Assembly: GCA_020137815.1 (NCBI GenBank)
Contig: CM035360.1
Location: 2,356,001 to 2,420,000, forward strand
Source: Hormiphora californensis
Lineage: Eukaryota > Animalia > Ctenophora
Reading direction: 5' to 3'
Length of the DNA stretch: 64,000 nucleotides
Every line of letters starts with the position of its first letter. Position 1 is the first letter of the stretch. The notes beneath the pieces were generated by a model, which was given only the letters and a program-made list of their open reading frames with translations, was not told the DNA's origin and ran no database searches. The translations under genes were made by a program, and so were the position numbers. Shown piece by piece: positions 27,476-38,079 of this stretch.

Positions 27476-28328
27476 TGAGAGAGGGTTTTGTTACAAGCTG
27501 GTCTGTTTTATAATTTAAGGAGTGTGGTTTTGTATTTAGGATTTATCTTATCAACCTGCTGTGGCATCCGTTTATTTAACTTTTCTATGCTACATGAATT
27601 TTAACTGATATGATTCACTACAATTTTCTACGCATGCACACCGTATTATATTTGTGACAAATTCATGTAGTTTTGCGAGTTTAGATGGGGTTAAGACTGA
27701 TTTGAATTCTCGAGATACGATCTGGAAATTGATTTTGAATATAATATCTGTACTCTGTAGCACCTTGTATTATGTAAGAAGTGTGATTAGAGGCTGAGTA
27801 TGCTAAGTGCTGTACAATTCAATGTATTTTGGGTATTATTTTCTTCCTACAAAATAAATGTGTTCAAATATTGAGAAACCGTTCCATGAAATTGAAAATG
27901 AGTTCCAATAAATCCCCGGAATCAAGGCCGATGTGTCAACGAATGACAACTGACAATCTGACTCCGAACCACCCCTCTGTGGCACCTGCGTGTAAATCAC
28001 ACACCCCCTTTCCTGCGTCCACTGAATCCGAACGCGCGTGCACCAGCTGCTTGTTACTGTGCACTTTTCTTACAGAGAGAGTCCCGCGCGTACCGGGTGT
28101 TACCGGAAGTTTCCAGAGAGTGTGTGAGTTGACACGGAGATTCATCCAACACTCTGTTTGAATCACACATCGTTCCGACACCGAAAATAATACTCATATC
28201 TTCACATGGTTGTCGAAGGAACTTATAGTTGGATACAAATCAAAAAGACAACAACATCTCTCTATCTTTACACACTAACAATATAGTCCAATATAGTCCA
28301 ATAACTTAATGAGATGAGATACAAAGCT

Positions 28329-28999
28329 TTACTCGTCAGCAGGCTCGGCCTTGGGGTACTTTGCCTGCCATTTCAGTAGCTGCTTGGAGGGGTAAACACC
28401 TGGGAAAAAGGGGTGGAATGAGTATACTGTGTGTTATTTCCAGCTAAAATCTGATATGTCGACTGTCGAGATATTTGGAATGGGAGGCGAAGGGACGACG
28501 CTGTAGTTTTTGGGGAAGATATATCAAATGGTTTTTACGCTAAATTTCTTTTCTCACCTCGTTCCAGTTGATCGTTCCATTTTTCAACCCAGGTAGGTGG
28601 GCAGACGTGCTCAAAGTGGTGACGGAACCAATCACAGGGCTTGTATCCCTCTCCTTTCTTCCAGATACACTTCTGGAAGTCACTGAGTGGGGGAGAAATG
28701 GGGTTAGGGGAGGGAGAAATGGGGTTAGGGGGTCACTGGGGAGTGGGGGTTAGGGTGGTAGCTGGGGTGAGAAATGGGTTATTTGGGAGGGGGTAATGGG
28801 GTTAGGGAAAGTGATGTGAGGTCATTGGGGAATGGGGTTTGGGTACTCACATGAAGTATTGGTTGCATTTAGGTACTCACATGAAGTATTGGTTGCATTT
28901 GGGGGCCTGATTGAAGGCGGGGTATCGGGGATCGTATTTCGGGTGCCAAGTGAACCGCTTAATGGTCCCATCAGGCATTTCAACGTCTCGGAAACCCAT
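28329..28999 (-). CDS. COX6B: Cytochrome c oxidase subunit 6B, 104 aa, 3 exons (missed by the ORF track)
   Basis: Exons 28999-28881, 28682-28558, 28399-28329. YDPRYPAFNQAPKCNQYFIDFQKC...PCDWFRHHFEHVCPPTWVEKWNDQLERGVYP, with Cx9C/Cx10C pairs. Confidence 0.9.
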
Positions 29000-29222
29000 T
29001 TCTAGCTATATTCTGTAAAGAGAGAGAGTTTAAAGCAAGTTTCAAAAAAATAATAACATCATTTCAAGCATCAAACATATTTTTAAAAGATCGAAATTTG
29101 TATCAAAATAGTACACACACTAATTACATACACACATGTACACAGTCAATATGTCACCTCCCCCTGTCACATACACAATACCTTCACATTCTATAAATTT
29201 ACACGTCATGTTCTAAAGGCTC

Positions 29223-30059
29223 TCACTGATCAAAGAATGCGAGTAACATTTTCTCGATATGGTCAGGGGTGTATTCTATATATTTCCCCGGATTAGATGT
29301 GAACTTAGCGTCTCTATAACGCTCATATAATTCAACATAACACTGCATTACCGCATTGATGTTATCAATAATTATCATATGTCTAAACTCAGCATCAGGT
29401 ATAGCCCACTTTTTCTGCAGGGTCCACTGTTCCAAGAAATAGTTATTGAATGTTTTAAATCGTGACTTGACCGCTTCCTTCTGCGCCTTTTCACTTTCCT
29501 TCTTCACCGCACTACCAGTATTTTCAATACAAACATCAGTTAAAGTCCTATACCAAGTTCTATATTGTTCCTTCTGTCTCTCGATCAGGTCTGCATATTT
29601 CTCAGCCGGCTCTATCTCATTAGGTCGAGCTAGCAGTGCTGACAACTCCCCCTCCTCCAACAAATACCTTCTAATGTAGTTGTAGTTGTTCATCAGGAAC
29701 AGTGCTGACAGACACTTGTTTTCATATTGCTCTGACTTCACTGCTAGATTCCTTTCTAGAGCGGTTATAATTCCCAGTATATACTGTCCCACAGCACGTT
29801 GGATTATAGATAACTGAAGTTGTCTGGTACCTTGGTGTTGAACACCCTGTAACAGTGTCCCTACTGTCTCTCTGTGTTGTAGGAGTTGTCCACAGATACT
29901 CATAACATTGGATGTGAGTTGGTGGACTGTTCCATCAATTGCAATGTTAGATGATCGTACACTGTCGTCTTTAACGAACAACTTGAATTGTTCGAGAGTC
30001 TCCTTCACACAACTTGTCACCTGATAGAGAGGGAGAAAGGTTAGAGAGAGAGAGAGAGA

Positions 30060-30132
<73 letters not shown>

Positions 30133-31940
30133 CCTCGAAGAAGAAGAAAAAGAAGAAGAGAGGTTATAAAATAAAGAGAGGCAACGGGGGAAACATATTA
30201 GAGGGAATGCATACTGCTGTGCAAGACGTGTCACTGAACAGAAACAAGAGGGACAAGGTCAATAAGTACCAACCTGCGAGATGAGGTCAGATATAGGAGA
30301 TAGTGGCTGCACTTCCAATTCTAACTGATCTGTTGAAATCAGACTGTACTTGATCCTATTTAGTCCTTTGTAAAGAGTCAACATGGGGAATAGCGTTACC
30401 CAGTTGCTATTCACTATTTGCTCTCGGGCTGCTTTCACTAACAGAACTCCCTCTCCCTCAAAATGGCCCATTGTGTCCTGGGAGAAGGAGAGTGTTAGTA
30501 GGATGAGGAAAAGTAGGGGTATGCCTATTGGTGATATGATTGATTAAAAGGTTGTCTGGCGAGCCCCCACACCCAATGATCAACCCTATTTATACCCTCT
30601 TCCACCCTCCTAGCACACCTTGAGTGTTTCCTGAAAGGATGCATCCTGGTAGCTAGGCGGCACTAGTTCCCTAATCTGATAGTATATAGCTCTGATCAGT
30701 TGGGTAAAATAGAAGGAAAGACGGCCGAAACTTGCTGTACTCTTCTCGACGTTTATCTCTTCTTTTATCACCTGAGGAGACCATAGTGATGAACAATTGT
30801 TTTATCTTACAGCGCAGGAGGGAGAGAAAATAGGGAACCTCGTATTTCGTAACCAAACTCTAACGGCTAACCTGGAAGAAGAAGAAGAGAAGACTCTAAC
30901 CTGGAAGAAGAAGAAGAGAAGACTCTAACCTGTATTGAATTGTGATCGGAAGCGGTCCTTTTATGCCCCCTCTTGCTCTGTCTCTTGATATCTGTCCGAG
31001 AGAGCTTACTGCCCTTTCTGGTTATCTCTGCGTTTTTAGCCTTTCTCCCAAAGAGGGGCGTTACATTTCCAAACATGGGCAGCTGTTCGTGCTCAGCCAA
31101 CCGCTCCATACTCTCCCTGGAAATGGGAAAGTAAGGGGGTGAGGTGAGGGGTGAGGGGTGTTACAGGTTAGGGGTGCAGGTGGGCCGTGGGAGGTACCAC
31201 CTAGTTAATTATAATACTGAGTTTATAATAGTAGGAGACTATTAGAAAGATAACATGTGTGCTTACCTAAGGTAACGACGCTGTGCCTTGACAAAATTAT
31301 CCTTCAGCTCAGCGACATAATCGTGTTTTGCATCACCAGGTGAGAGATATTGCAGATTCCCTGGGACCCATGATGATATCAACTTCAGATTCTCCTTTAC
31401 TTCCGGGGGCAGGAGAGGGAGAACAGTTTCTAGATCCTCAATATTAAACTCCTCAACCGGCACTTTCCTTGCCCTTCGCTTCAAAAGATCTTCATACTCC
31501 TTGCACATATTACTGATCCCGTTTCTAAAGAGGGCCTGTAAGTTTGCCACTTCATTGCTCCCTGGGTTATTCTCCAAAAAGAACCGTATCGCCTTCGCCA
31601 AGTCCCTCATGTGACCGATATACTCTGGGATATTCTGGGTGACTGAGTTGTTGATGGTCTTCTCTAGCTCCTCTCTGATACAGTAATACCGTGCTACTTT
31701 CTCCAGTTCACGGACTGCTAGCTCGCTGTTACTTTGAGCCCTGATCTTTATCTGCATCTCCTCATATACGGGCATTATCCTGCTTTTTAGTCGAACTAGC
31801 CGGTCATCGAACTGGGTTAGTCGCTCCTTCATACAGGTAGTCAGGGTTGAACTCCTGTTGAGCATGGATTTGAAGGATTCCAACTTGGCTCTGTCCTCTT
31901 TGAGTTGAGCCTCAATCATGGCCACTTGGCCTGATGTCAT
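29223..31940 (-). CDS. EXOC7: Exocyst complex component 7 (Exo70), 5 exons
   Basis: Exons 31940-31267, 31116-30930, 30771-30619, 30477-30274, 30020-29223. FDDRLVRL, DGTVHQLTSNVM, LFLMNNYNYI, KSRFKTFN, WAIPD, FTSNPGKYIEYTP. Confidence 0.93.
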
Positions 31941-32659
31941 GGTGCTATATAACAGGGGAGGTGGTTATAATTCTGAGTTAGAATGGGAGAGATAGGGGCT
32001 AGGGAGTAGGGTTTGTCACTCACTATTATATATAACAGGGGAGCTGACTAAAATACCGAGTTAAAGAGGGAGAGTTGGAGGATTCAGGGGAGGGAGAGTA
32101 AGTACACGAGAGTTGTGTAACTAGATAAGAAAGATGTGAGTTGGTTAGTGGTTACAGATCATTAGTTATATAGGGGCTAGGGTTGGAGACAAGAAAAATA
32201 CCAATTGGGTAGATAAAACATTTGAATAAGTTATAGGTTAAAACAAATAAATAATGATAAAATAATTAATTTTGTGAAATTGTAGCCTGCACAATCAAAT
32301 TCTAAAACATTCAGAGAATAATAATAATAATAATATTCCGCGCTTGTATACCGCCCATACCCGACGGAAACATGTCAAAATATTGGCGATGCTCCGTCGA
32401 GTCATCAGAGCGGTATATCCTCGATTAAATATATGACACACACGAACACTCTGGTTGAAAAAGAACAATATATTGTAAGACTAAATTAACTGGACATATA
32501 AAACTGAAGGATAAACTGGTCCCATAAACCTGTAGCTATAAATTTAAAACACACTTTACTTACACCTGCTAGGAAAAAGGATACTAGGTAGTGAAATAAT
32601 AACATGGCTAGAGAGAGGTTGACACTGATTGCCCGCAGGCCCCACAACTACAACAAACA

Positions 32660-35600
32660 TTACAACTCAGCCATGGGTTCCCCATCACCCACTCCAAATG
32701 CACCAACGAAGAGATGTGTTTTCAGGCGGGCCTTGAAGGTTTCGACGTTGGGGATTGACCTAAGCTCAAGGGGTAGTCCATTCCAAACATTAGGTAGAAA
32801 TACCGATAGTCTCCTGCGTCTCAACTTAGAGTTGGCGTTGATACTGGTCATCTTCGGGTGTTTCAATCTGTACGGATCAGTAACATTAGTCATCCTTGTT
32901 GTCCTGGAGAGACCCCAACTGTCATCAAGTGGCACCATTTCCTGGAGGTAACGGGGTGCTGTTCCATAGACTATCTTGTAGGCGATTAGACAGGCTTTGA
33001 AGTCCAGCCTGTAGGAGATCGGTAAAATATGACACTTCCTGAAGTATTCCATGTAATCCTCTTGGTGCCCATGGATGTTGAATATGAAGCGAACACAGGC
33101 GTTAAGGAGTTTCTGGAGCCCACTGAGAACTCGACCAGGAAGCCCATAATACAGAATGTTACTGTAGTCAATCCTCGAAATGATCAATTGTTTGACCAAC
33201 ATTATCTTTGTTGTGACATCAAAACATTTGTGTAGTTGCCATAGGTTCCGTAATACCAGTCCACACTGTTTCCTCACATTATTAACCTGACGTTCGAGAT
33301 TTAGATTGTGATCCAAGAGAATTCCCAGGGTTTTACCATCAGTTCCACTGCATTCACTAGGGAAAATGTCCGTTCCCCCAAAGCTGATGACTGGATCAAA
33401 AGAGACTTTACTTAACGAACTGCGCTTTCCAAGCAGGATGAATTCTGTCTTAGCCTCGTTGCATTTTAACCACTGTCCTACCATCCACCTCTTTACCCTC
33501 GCCAAACACTCCTCAATATCCACCTTTGCCTCAGACCAGCCAGTAGAATCCGTAGGGACCAGACTCACATAGAGCTGGGAGTCATCCGCATATAGCTTTA
33601 TCCGAAGACCATACGGTTCCACAATATCTTGCACAGCTTCAATATAAAGTAGAAACAAAATTGGACCAAGAAGGGACCCCTGGGGTACTCCACATAGTAA
33701 GGCCAGGGTATCCGAGAGACAATCACCGACTGAGACTCTGAATGATCTAGAACTCAGGTAGCTCCTAAACCATTGAAGAGGATTACCATCCACTCCAAAC
33801 CGATTCTGCAACACCTCCAACAACTTTCCGTGATCCACTGTGTCAAACGCAGCGCTCATGTCCAAACAAATAAGAGCTACTACATTTCCTTTATCCATCT
33901 CGCCTAGTACATCATCAAACATGCTGGCTAAAAGAGTTTCGCAGCTGTGCCCAACACGGTAACCGGATTGATGCTTGCCCAAAAGAGAATTGTTATCCAG
34001 GTAGTCATTCAGCTGCGTGAGAACTACCTTCTCAAGAAGCTTAGAAAGAAATGGGATGTTCGAAACAGGCCGATAGTTACTGAGAGCTTCCCGATCTCCA
34101 TAGATATTCTTAATAGTAGGAAACACGATCGCCTTCTGGAGAGATTCTGCTACTGTCGACTGCTGGAGAGAGTGGTTGACTATCGATGTCAATACAGGAG
34201 CAAGGTCCCATATACACTCCTTCACTACCCAAGTGGGCAAGGGGTCAAGGTCACAATGTTTACTTGACATAGACTTCACAATTGAAACAAGTTCCTCCTC
34301 AGATACCTCTCTGAATTCCTTCCACGTTGCATGACAATTTCTTCCAGGTTCCTCAAAGTCACCAGCTTGTTGCTGTTCTTCGTTAACTTGATTCCGAATT
34401 TTAGTCACTTTAGAACTAAAAAACTGTGAGAAATCATCCGCCAAGCTCTTAGTGCTAGTTGTTTCAGGGAGAATAGTTTCAGCCTTTCCCATGAGTTTCT
34501 GGAGCTTATTTTGTAGTTTCTTCGGATCTCCTTTGACTGCATCCAAGTCCTCTTTGATGAAAAGTGACCTCTTTTCTTTATCCATATTTCCATACAGTTT
34601 CTTCAGATCGTTAAATCTCCGCTTTGCATCCTCAGTCCCATGTTTTCGCCAATACCGTTCTGCAGTCCTCCTCTCACGAAGCAATCCTCTAAGTTCCTCA
34701 TCCCTCCACGGCTTAAACTTTTTCCCCGTCCTCACCCGCTTCCTCGGTACTCGCTTTTCCACTATCCCTTCCAGCCAACGATAGAAGTTCACAACACCCT
34801 CCTCTGGATCCCTCCCTTCCTCAAAATCTGCTTTCCTCAAGTCCTCTTTAAATCCCTCCAAATCCATTGACTTGTAGTCCACATATTCTCGAAACACTAA
34901 TTTCTTCAGACGGGAGTTAGACAGGTCAGGTCTCACTTGAATCCCAAACCGCACCAGGAAGTGATCTGAAGTAGTACCATTTGGAAAGATGGATATGTCA
35001 TCCAGAGCAGTTTCTCTCGTTGTTATCACCAGATCCAAGGTTCCTCCATGCCTATGAGTAGGCAACAGTGGTACCCTTTGTTGAAGGTCAAACGAATCCA
35101 GGAGCTCCAACAGTTTCCTTGAATAGAAGTTGTTATCATCTTGCACCTGGAAATTCAGGTCTCCAGCAATAATCGGAGTTCCTTGCTTCATAACAAGCTC
35201 AGAAAGGTAGTCACCAAACTCTGATAGGAAAGTAGCCTCCGTAAGTCTTGACTTCGGTGTGTATGGGGGGCGGTAAATGTTACAGAGTCTCTTCGGTTGG
35301 TCCCTGTCACTGATGAGAACTTCTTGAACTTGAAATGACTTATACTTGGTCTTTACCGGACACTGCCGAAGAACTATACCATCTCGAAAAAGAATTCCGA
35401 TCCCGCCACCTCCTCTGTCTCCTCTGGGGCATGAGAAAATATCCCATCCATTATCCCTGATTTCCTGGAGTTTCCCTGTGTCAGTGGACTTTAGAAATGT
35501 TTCCTGTATGAGACAGATATCACAATCCGCATCTTCCAGATGTGAAATAACACCTCCAGTTTTGTTGACTAGAGAGCGGACATTTAATGTCCCAATCTTC

Positions 35601-35698
35601 CAAGTCTTTTCCTGTGTAGCTCCTCCTTGGTCCTCGTCTAGTACAGGTTTTTTTCCTCTTTGCTTACACCTGAAGTCCTCTCCATCAGCCGTGCTCGT
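32660..35698 (-). CDS. LINE ORF2: APE endonuclease plus reverse transcriptase; frame open from 35698, first AUG only at 35191
   Basis: IGTLNVRSL, CLIQET, GGGIG and NIYRPP lie upstream of the first Met. Then AGDLN, TLDL, SDH, NYRPVSN, GVPQGSLLGP, YADD, WNGLP..FKARLKTHLF. Confidence 0.9.
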   Translation of the reverse strand, partial: TSTADGEDFRCKQRGKKPVLDEDQGGATQEKTWKIGTLNVRSLVNKTGGVISHLEDADCDICLIQETFLKSTDTGKLQEIRDNGWDIFSCPRGDRGGGGIGILFRDGIVLRQCPVKTKYKSFQVQEVLISDRDQPKRLCNIYRPPYTPKSRLTEATFLSEFGDYLSELVMKQGTPIIAGDLNFQVQDDNNFYSRKLLELLDSFDLQQRVPLLPTHRHGGTLDLVITTRETALDDISIFPNGTTSDHFLVRFGIQVRPDLSNSRLKKLVFREYVDYKSMDLEGFKEDLRKADFEEGRDPEEGVVNFYRWLEGIVEKRVPRKRVRTGKKFKPWRDEELRGLLRERRTAERYWRKHGTEDAKRRFNDLKKLYGNMDKEKRSLFIKEDLDAVKGDPKKLQNKLQKLMGKAETILPETTSTKSLADDFSQFFSSKVTKIRNQVNEEQQQAGDFEEPGRNCHATWKEFREVSEEELVSIVKSMSSKHCDLDPLPTWVVKECIWDLAPVLTSIVNHSLQQSTVAESLQKAIVFPTIKNIYGDREALSNYRPVSNIPFLSKLLEKVVLTQLNDYLDNNSLLGKHQSGYRVGHSCETLLASMFDDVLGEMDKGNVVALICLDMSAAFDTVDHGKLLEVLQNRFGVDGNPLQWFRSYLSSRSFRVSVGDCLSDTLALLCGVPQGSLLGPILFLLYIEAVQDIVEPYGLRIKLYADDSQLYVSLVPTDSTGWSEAKVDIEECLARVKRWMVGQWLKCNEAKTEFILLGKRSSLSKVSFDPVISFGGTDIFPSECSGTDGKTLGILLDHNLNLERQVNNVRKQCGLVLRNLWQLHKCFDVTTKIMLVKQLIISRIDYSNILYYGLPGRVLSGLQKLLNACVRFIFNIHGHQEDYMEYFRKCHILPISYRLDFKACLIAYKIVYGTAPRYLQEMVPLDDSWGLSRTTRMTNVTDPYRLKHPKMTSINANSKLRRRRLSVFLPNVWNGLPLELRSIPNVETFKARLKTHLFVGAFGVGDGEPMAEL

Positions 35699-36825
35699 TC
35701 ATTGATGTACGAGGGGCACCACATACTAGAAGCAGTATGGGTCCTAGCATACTTCTTATCCTCTCTTGATCCTCCAGCCGCACAGTTTACACACTTCATC
35801 TTACCAGTTTCATTGTTCTTCTTAGCTCTACACTCCTTTGTCTGGTGTGTTCCAGCACAAAAGCAGCATACAGGATTTTCCTTCTGTGGACAGTAGATCG
35901 AGCCTGCTATATGTCCGTATCCTTGACAGTGATAGCATTGAATCACATGATACCTGTTCTTGACAAAATGTTGTCGAAGACCTAGGTTGAGTTTATCACC
36001 GTTGTTAGACAAAAGCCTCCGGATCTCTGGAGCCATCTGGATCACCGCATACCTGTCTCTTTCACTCACAAACACCACTTTCAACTTCTTATCCTCATGG
36101 TAAAGCTTCCTGATATCCTCATTTTTGTCCAAAATCGCTGCCAGGATAGTCTCCTTTTCCAGTAGATCAGGGTTCAAATCATTAATAGTCACCTTCGGTT
36201 CAAGCTTCTTGGCCTCCTCTGAGAAGAATGACATCGAACAGTCCTGTGCAAGAGGAGTCAAAACTTTCTCCGCTTCCTTCATCTGGTCCTCATTAGGGAA
36301 ATACAGCCGGGTATGGTCACTGTTCACTCTGGATCTCACCACCGGTATCGTCTTCAACGCAGTTTCCACTTTGGGTTTGACCTCATCAGTCCACTTCTTA
36401 GCACAGAATCCTGACCCTCCTTCCTCATTGATGCCAGTTGTAATATTCACGTAGTGTTTCATCGTAGGTGTAACCGGTTCCTCTGGATCACCACCAACAA
36501 TATCACTTTTCCCATTCTCCATAGGCTTGACCAAAGCAGAGATAGTCGAAACCAGATCTTTGTGCAGCTTTGCAAACGACTCTTTCAGATCAGTTTGGTC
36601 TCCAGGAACAGAAAACGGTGCCGACGCCGGAAGCATACTGTAGCAGGCTTTGAGAAGATGCCACAACTGAGGTTTATGGACAGACGACGGACAAACAGTG
36701 TCACCCCTCTCAAGGCACACTAACAAATCACTACCCTTATAATCATTGCTAAATACTTCTCCTGATAACACGTCTTCAAAATCACTCTTAGTGATACATA
36801 TGTCATAATTACTCGTAACGGTCAT
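35638..36825 (-). CDS. LINE ORF1, gag-like nucleic-acid-binding protein
   Basis: 395-aa ORF with C-terminal zinc knuckles (CYHCQGYGH..C, CCFCAGTH..C, CVNC..H..C). Confidence 0.88.
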   Translation of the reverse strand: MTVTSNYDICITKSDFEDVLSGEVFSNDYKGSDLLVCLERGDTVCPSSVHKPQLWHLLKACYSMLPASAPFSVPGDQTDLKESFAKLHKDLVSTISALVKPMENGKSDIVGGDPEEPVTPTMKHYVNITTGINEEGGSGFCAKKWTDEVKPKVETALKTIPVVRSRVNSDHTRLYFPNEDQMKEAEKVLTPLAQDCSMSFFSEEAKKLEPKVTINDLNPDLLEKETILAAILDKNEDIRKLYHEDKKLKVVFVSERDRYAVIQMAPEIRRLLSNNGDKLNLGLRQHFVKNRYHVIQCYHCQGYGHIAGSIYCPQKENPVCCFCAGTHQTKECRAKKNNETGKMKCVNCAAGGSREDKKYARTHTASSMWCPSYINERARLMERTSGVSKEEKNLY

Positions 36826-37069
36826 CCTAAAACACCCGTTGCACGCCGGCCAACAACAAACTCTTCACAGATATCACTCGTAAGTTAAGTTAAAGTAGGC
36901 CTAACAGAGATCTAAAAGATTAGAGAATAGATGCTAACACAGTTATCGGAACGATTGACGGCAAACTCAAATTAATTTGTTTAAAGTAGTGTTGAAAAGT
37001 TTGAGAACAATTAATTAATTATAATATTAGGGTGAAATAACTAAACAAATAACAAGTTTGTGATACTAT

Positions 37070-37570
37070 TTACATAATTTTACAGTCTTTATTCTCTTCC
37101 TGTTCCTCCTGGGGACCATTAGCCGGGGAGGCAGTACTTGCAACCTCTCCCTCACTACTCTGCTCACCACCCTCAGCAGGCGGGGGTTTCGCCAAACCAT
37201 ACTTCTCCCTCAGACGATTTCTTTGTTCCTCCCTTTCAGCGCTTATCGCAGCGTAGTGAGCCTTTCTTGCTTCTTGCTGGAGAAATATTGGTTATTTAGA
37301 TTCAGTGACAAGAGTATGCATAATTTTCAACAAAAAACACTACCTCCTGTGCGAGTAGCAGCGCTTACAAACAAACAAACATCTAAACAAACAAATAAAT
37401 AAATAAAATACCTCCTGTGCAGCTTGCTCCTCTTCAGAAAGGGTTGGAGGCGGTGGAGGAGGTTCTTCCTTCTCCTCTAACAAATCCTTGCATTTCTTTG
37501 TCGCCTCACCAATCTTATCAGTGATCCCGCCAGTTTTGCTCTTCACGTACTGCTTTACAACGAAGTTCAT
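37070..37570 (-). CDS. CPLX: Complexin (synaphin), 121 aa, with C-terminal CaaX box
   Basis: Exons 37570-37412 and 37276-37070. MNFVVKQ N-terminus, central helix EARKAHYAAISAEREEQRNRLREKYGL, ends CKIM*. Confidence 0.88.
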
Positions 37571-38079
37571 TCACAGCTAAAAGTTTTAGTGAGTTTAAGA
37601 CTTCAGTGACTGAGTCTGAGCGACCGGGATCCCAAGGGCGGCAGCCTCGCCCCTCGGTCCGAGCCATGCCATGTGACAAGTATTGGCCAGTGTCTACACA
37701 CTCTATGGGGCGAGGAGACGAGAATGACATCTTCGCGATAATATTGGTACAGAAGAGACGTGAAAACAAGCGTTTTTGGCTCCCTAACTTTGTTTTTCGC
37801 CCTGAATTTCAGAATTTCTGATTTTGAAATCTTGAATTTTAAAATTCAAAATTCAAAACTTAGACGCGCGCGTCTTATGCATCGCTTAAATCAAATTTTG
37901 TCGCGCGTTACAATACGTTGTACAAAATGCAGCGACACTTTCCAAAGCAGATGTTATGAGTTTTGATCTGCCCGGCCCCTCCGCAAACATTTCCCTTTTA
38001 TTTTGCCCCTTTTTGCCCCTTTTCTTCTTCGTCGTTTCGGGGGAATTTCTTTTCTTTCCTGTCGCTACTGTGATTCAAA
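37571..38079. promoter_or_regulatory. Putative bidirectional promoter between complexin and OPLAH
   Basis: ~510-bp head-to-head spacer, locally CpG-rich. Confidence 0.5.

Larger units (their letters stand above)
32321..36910 (-). mobile_element. Full-length two-ORF non-LTR retrotransposon (CR1/L2-group-like)
   Basis: ORF1 plus APE-RT ORF2, a 3' stem-loop and an (ATT)n tail at ~32318-32337. Imperfect TSD: tctaaaacattcagagaata (32301-32320) vs tctaaaagattagagaata (36911-36929). Confidence 0.92.

Noticed and set aside
28695-28810. Interstitial telomeric TTAGGG repeats (also CCTAAC-rich 27270-27335)
   Set aside because: Scattered and non-tandem; better read as repeated CTAAC branch-point-like motifs near the acceptors.
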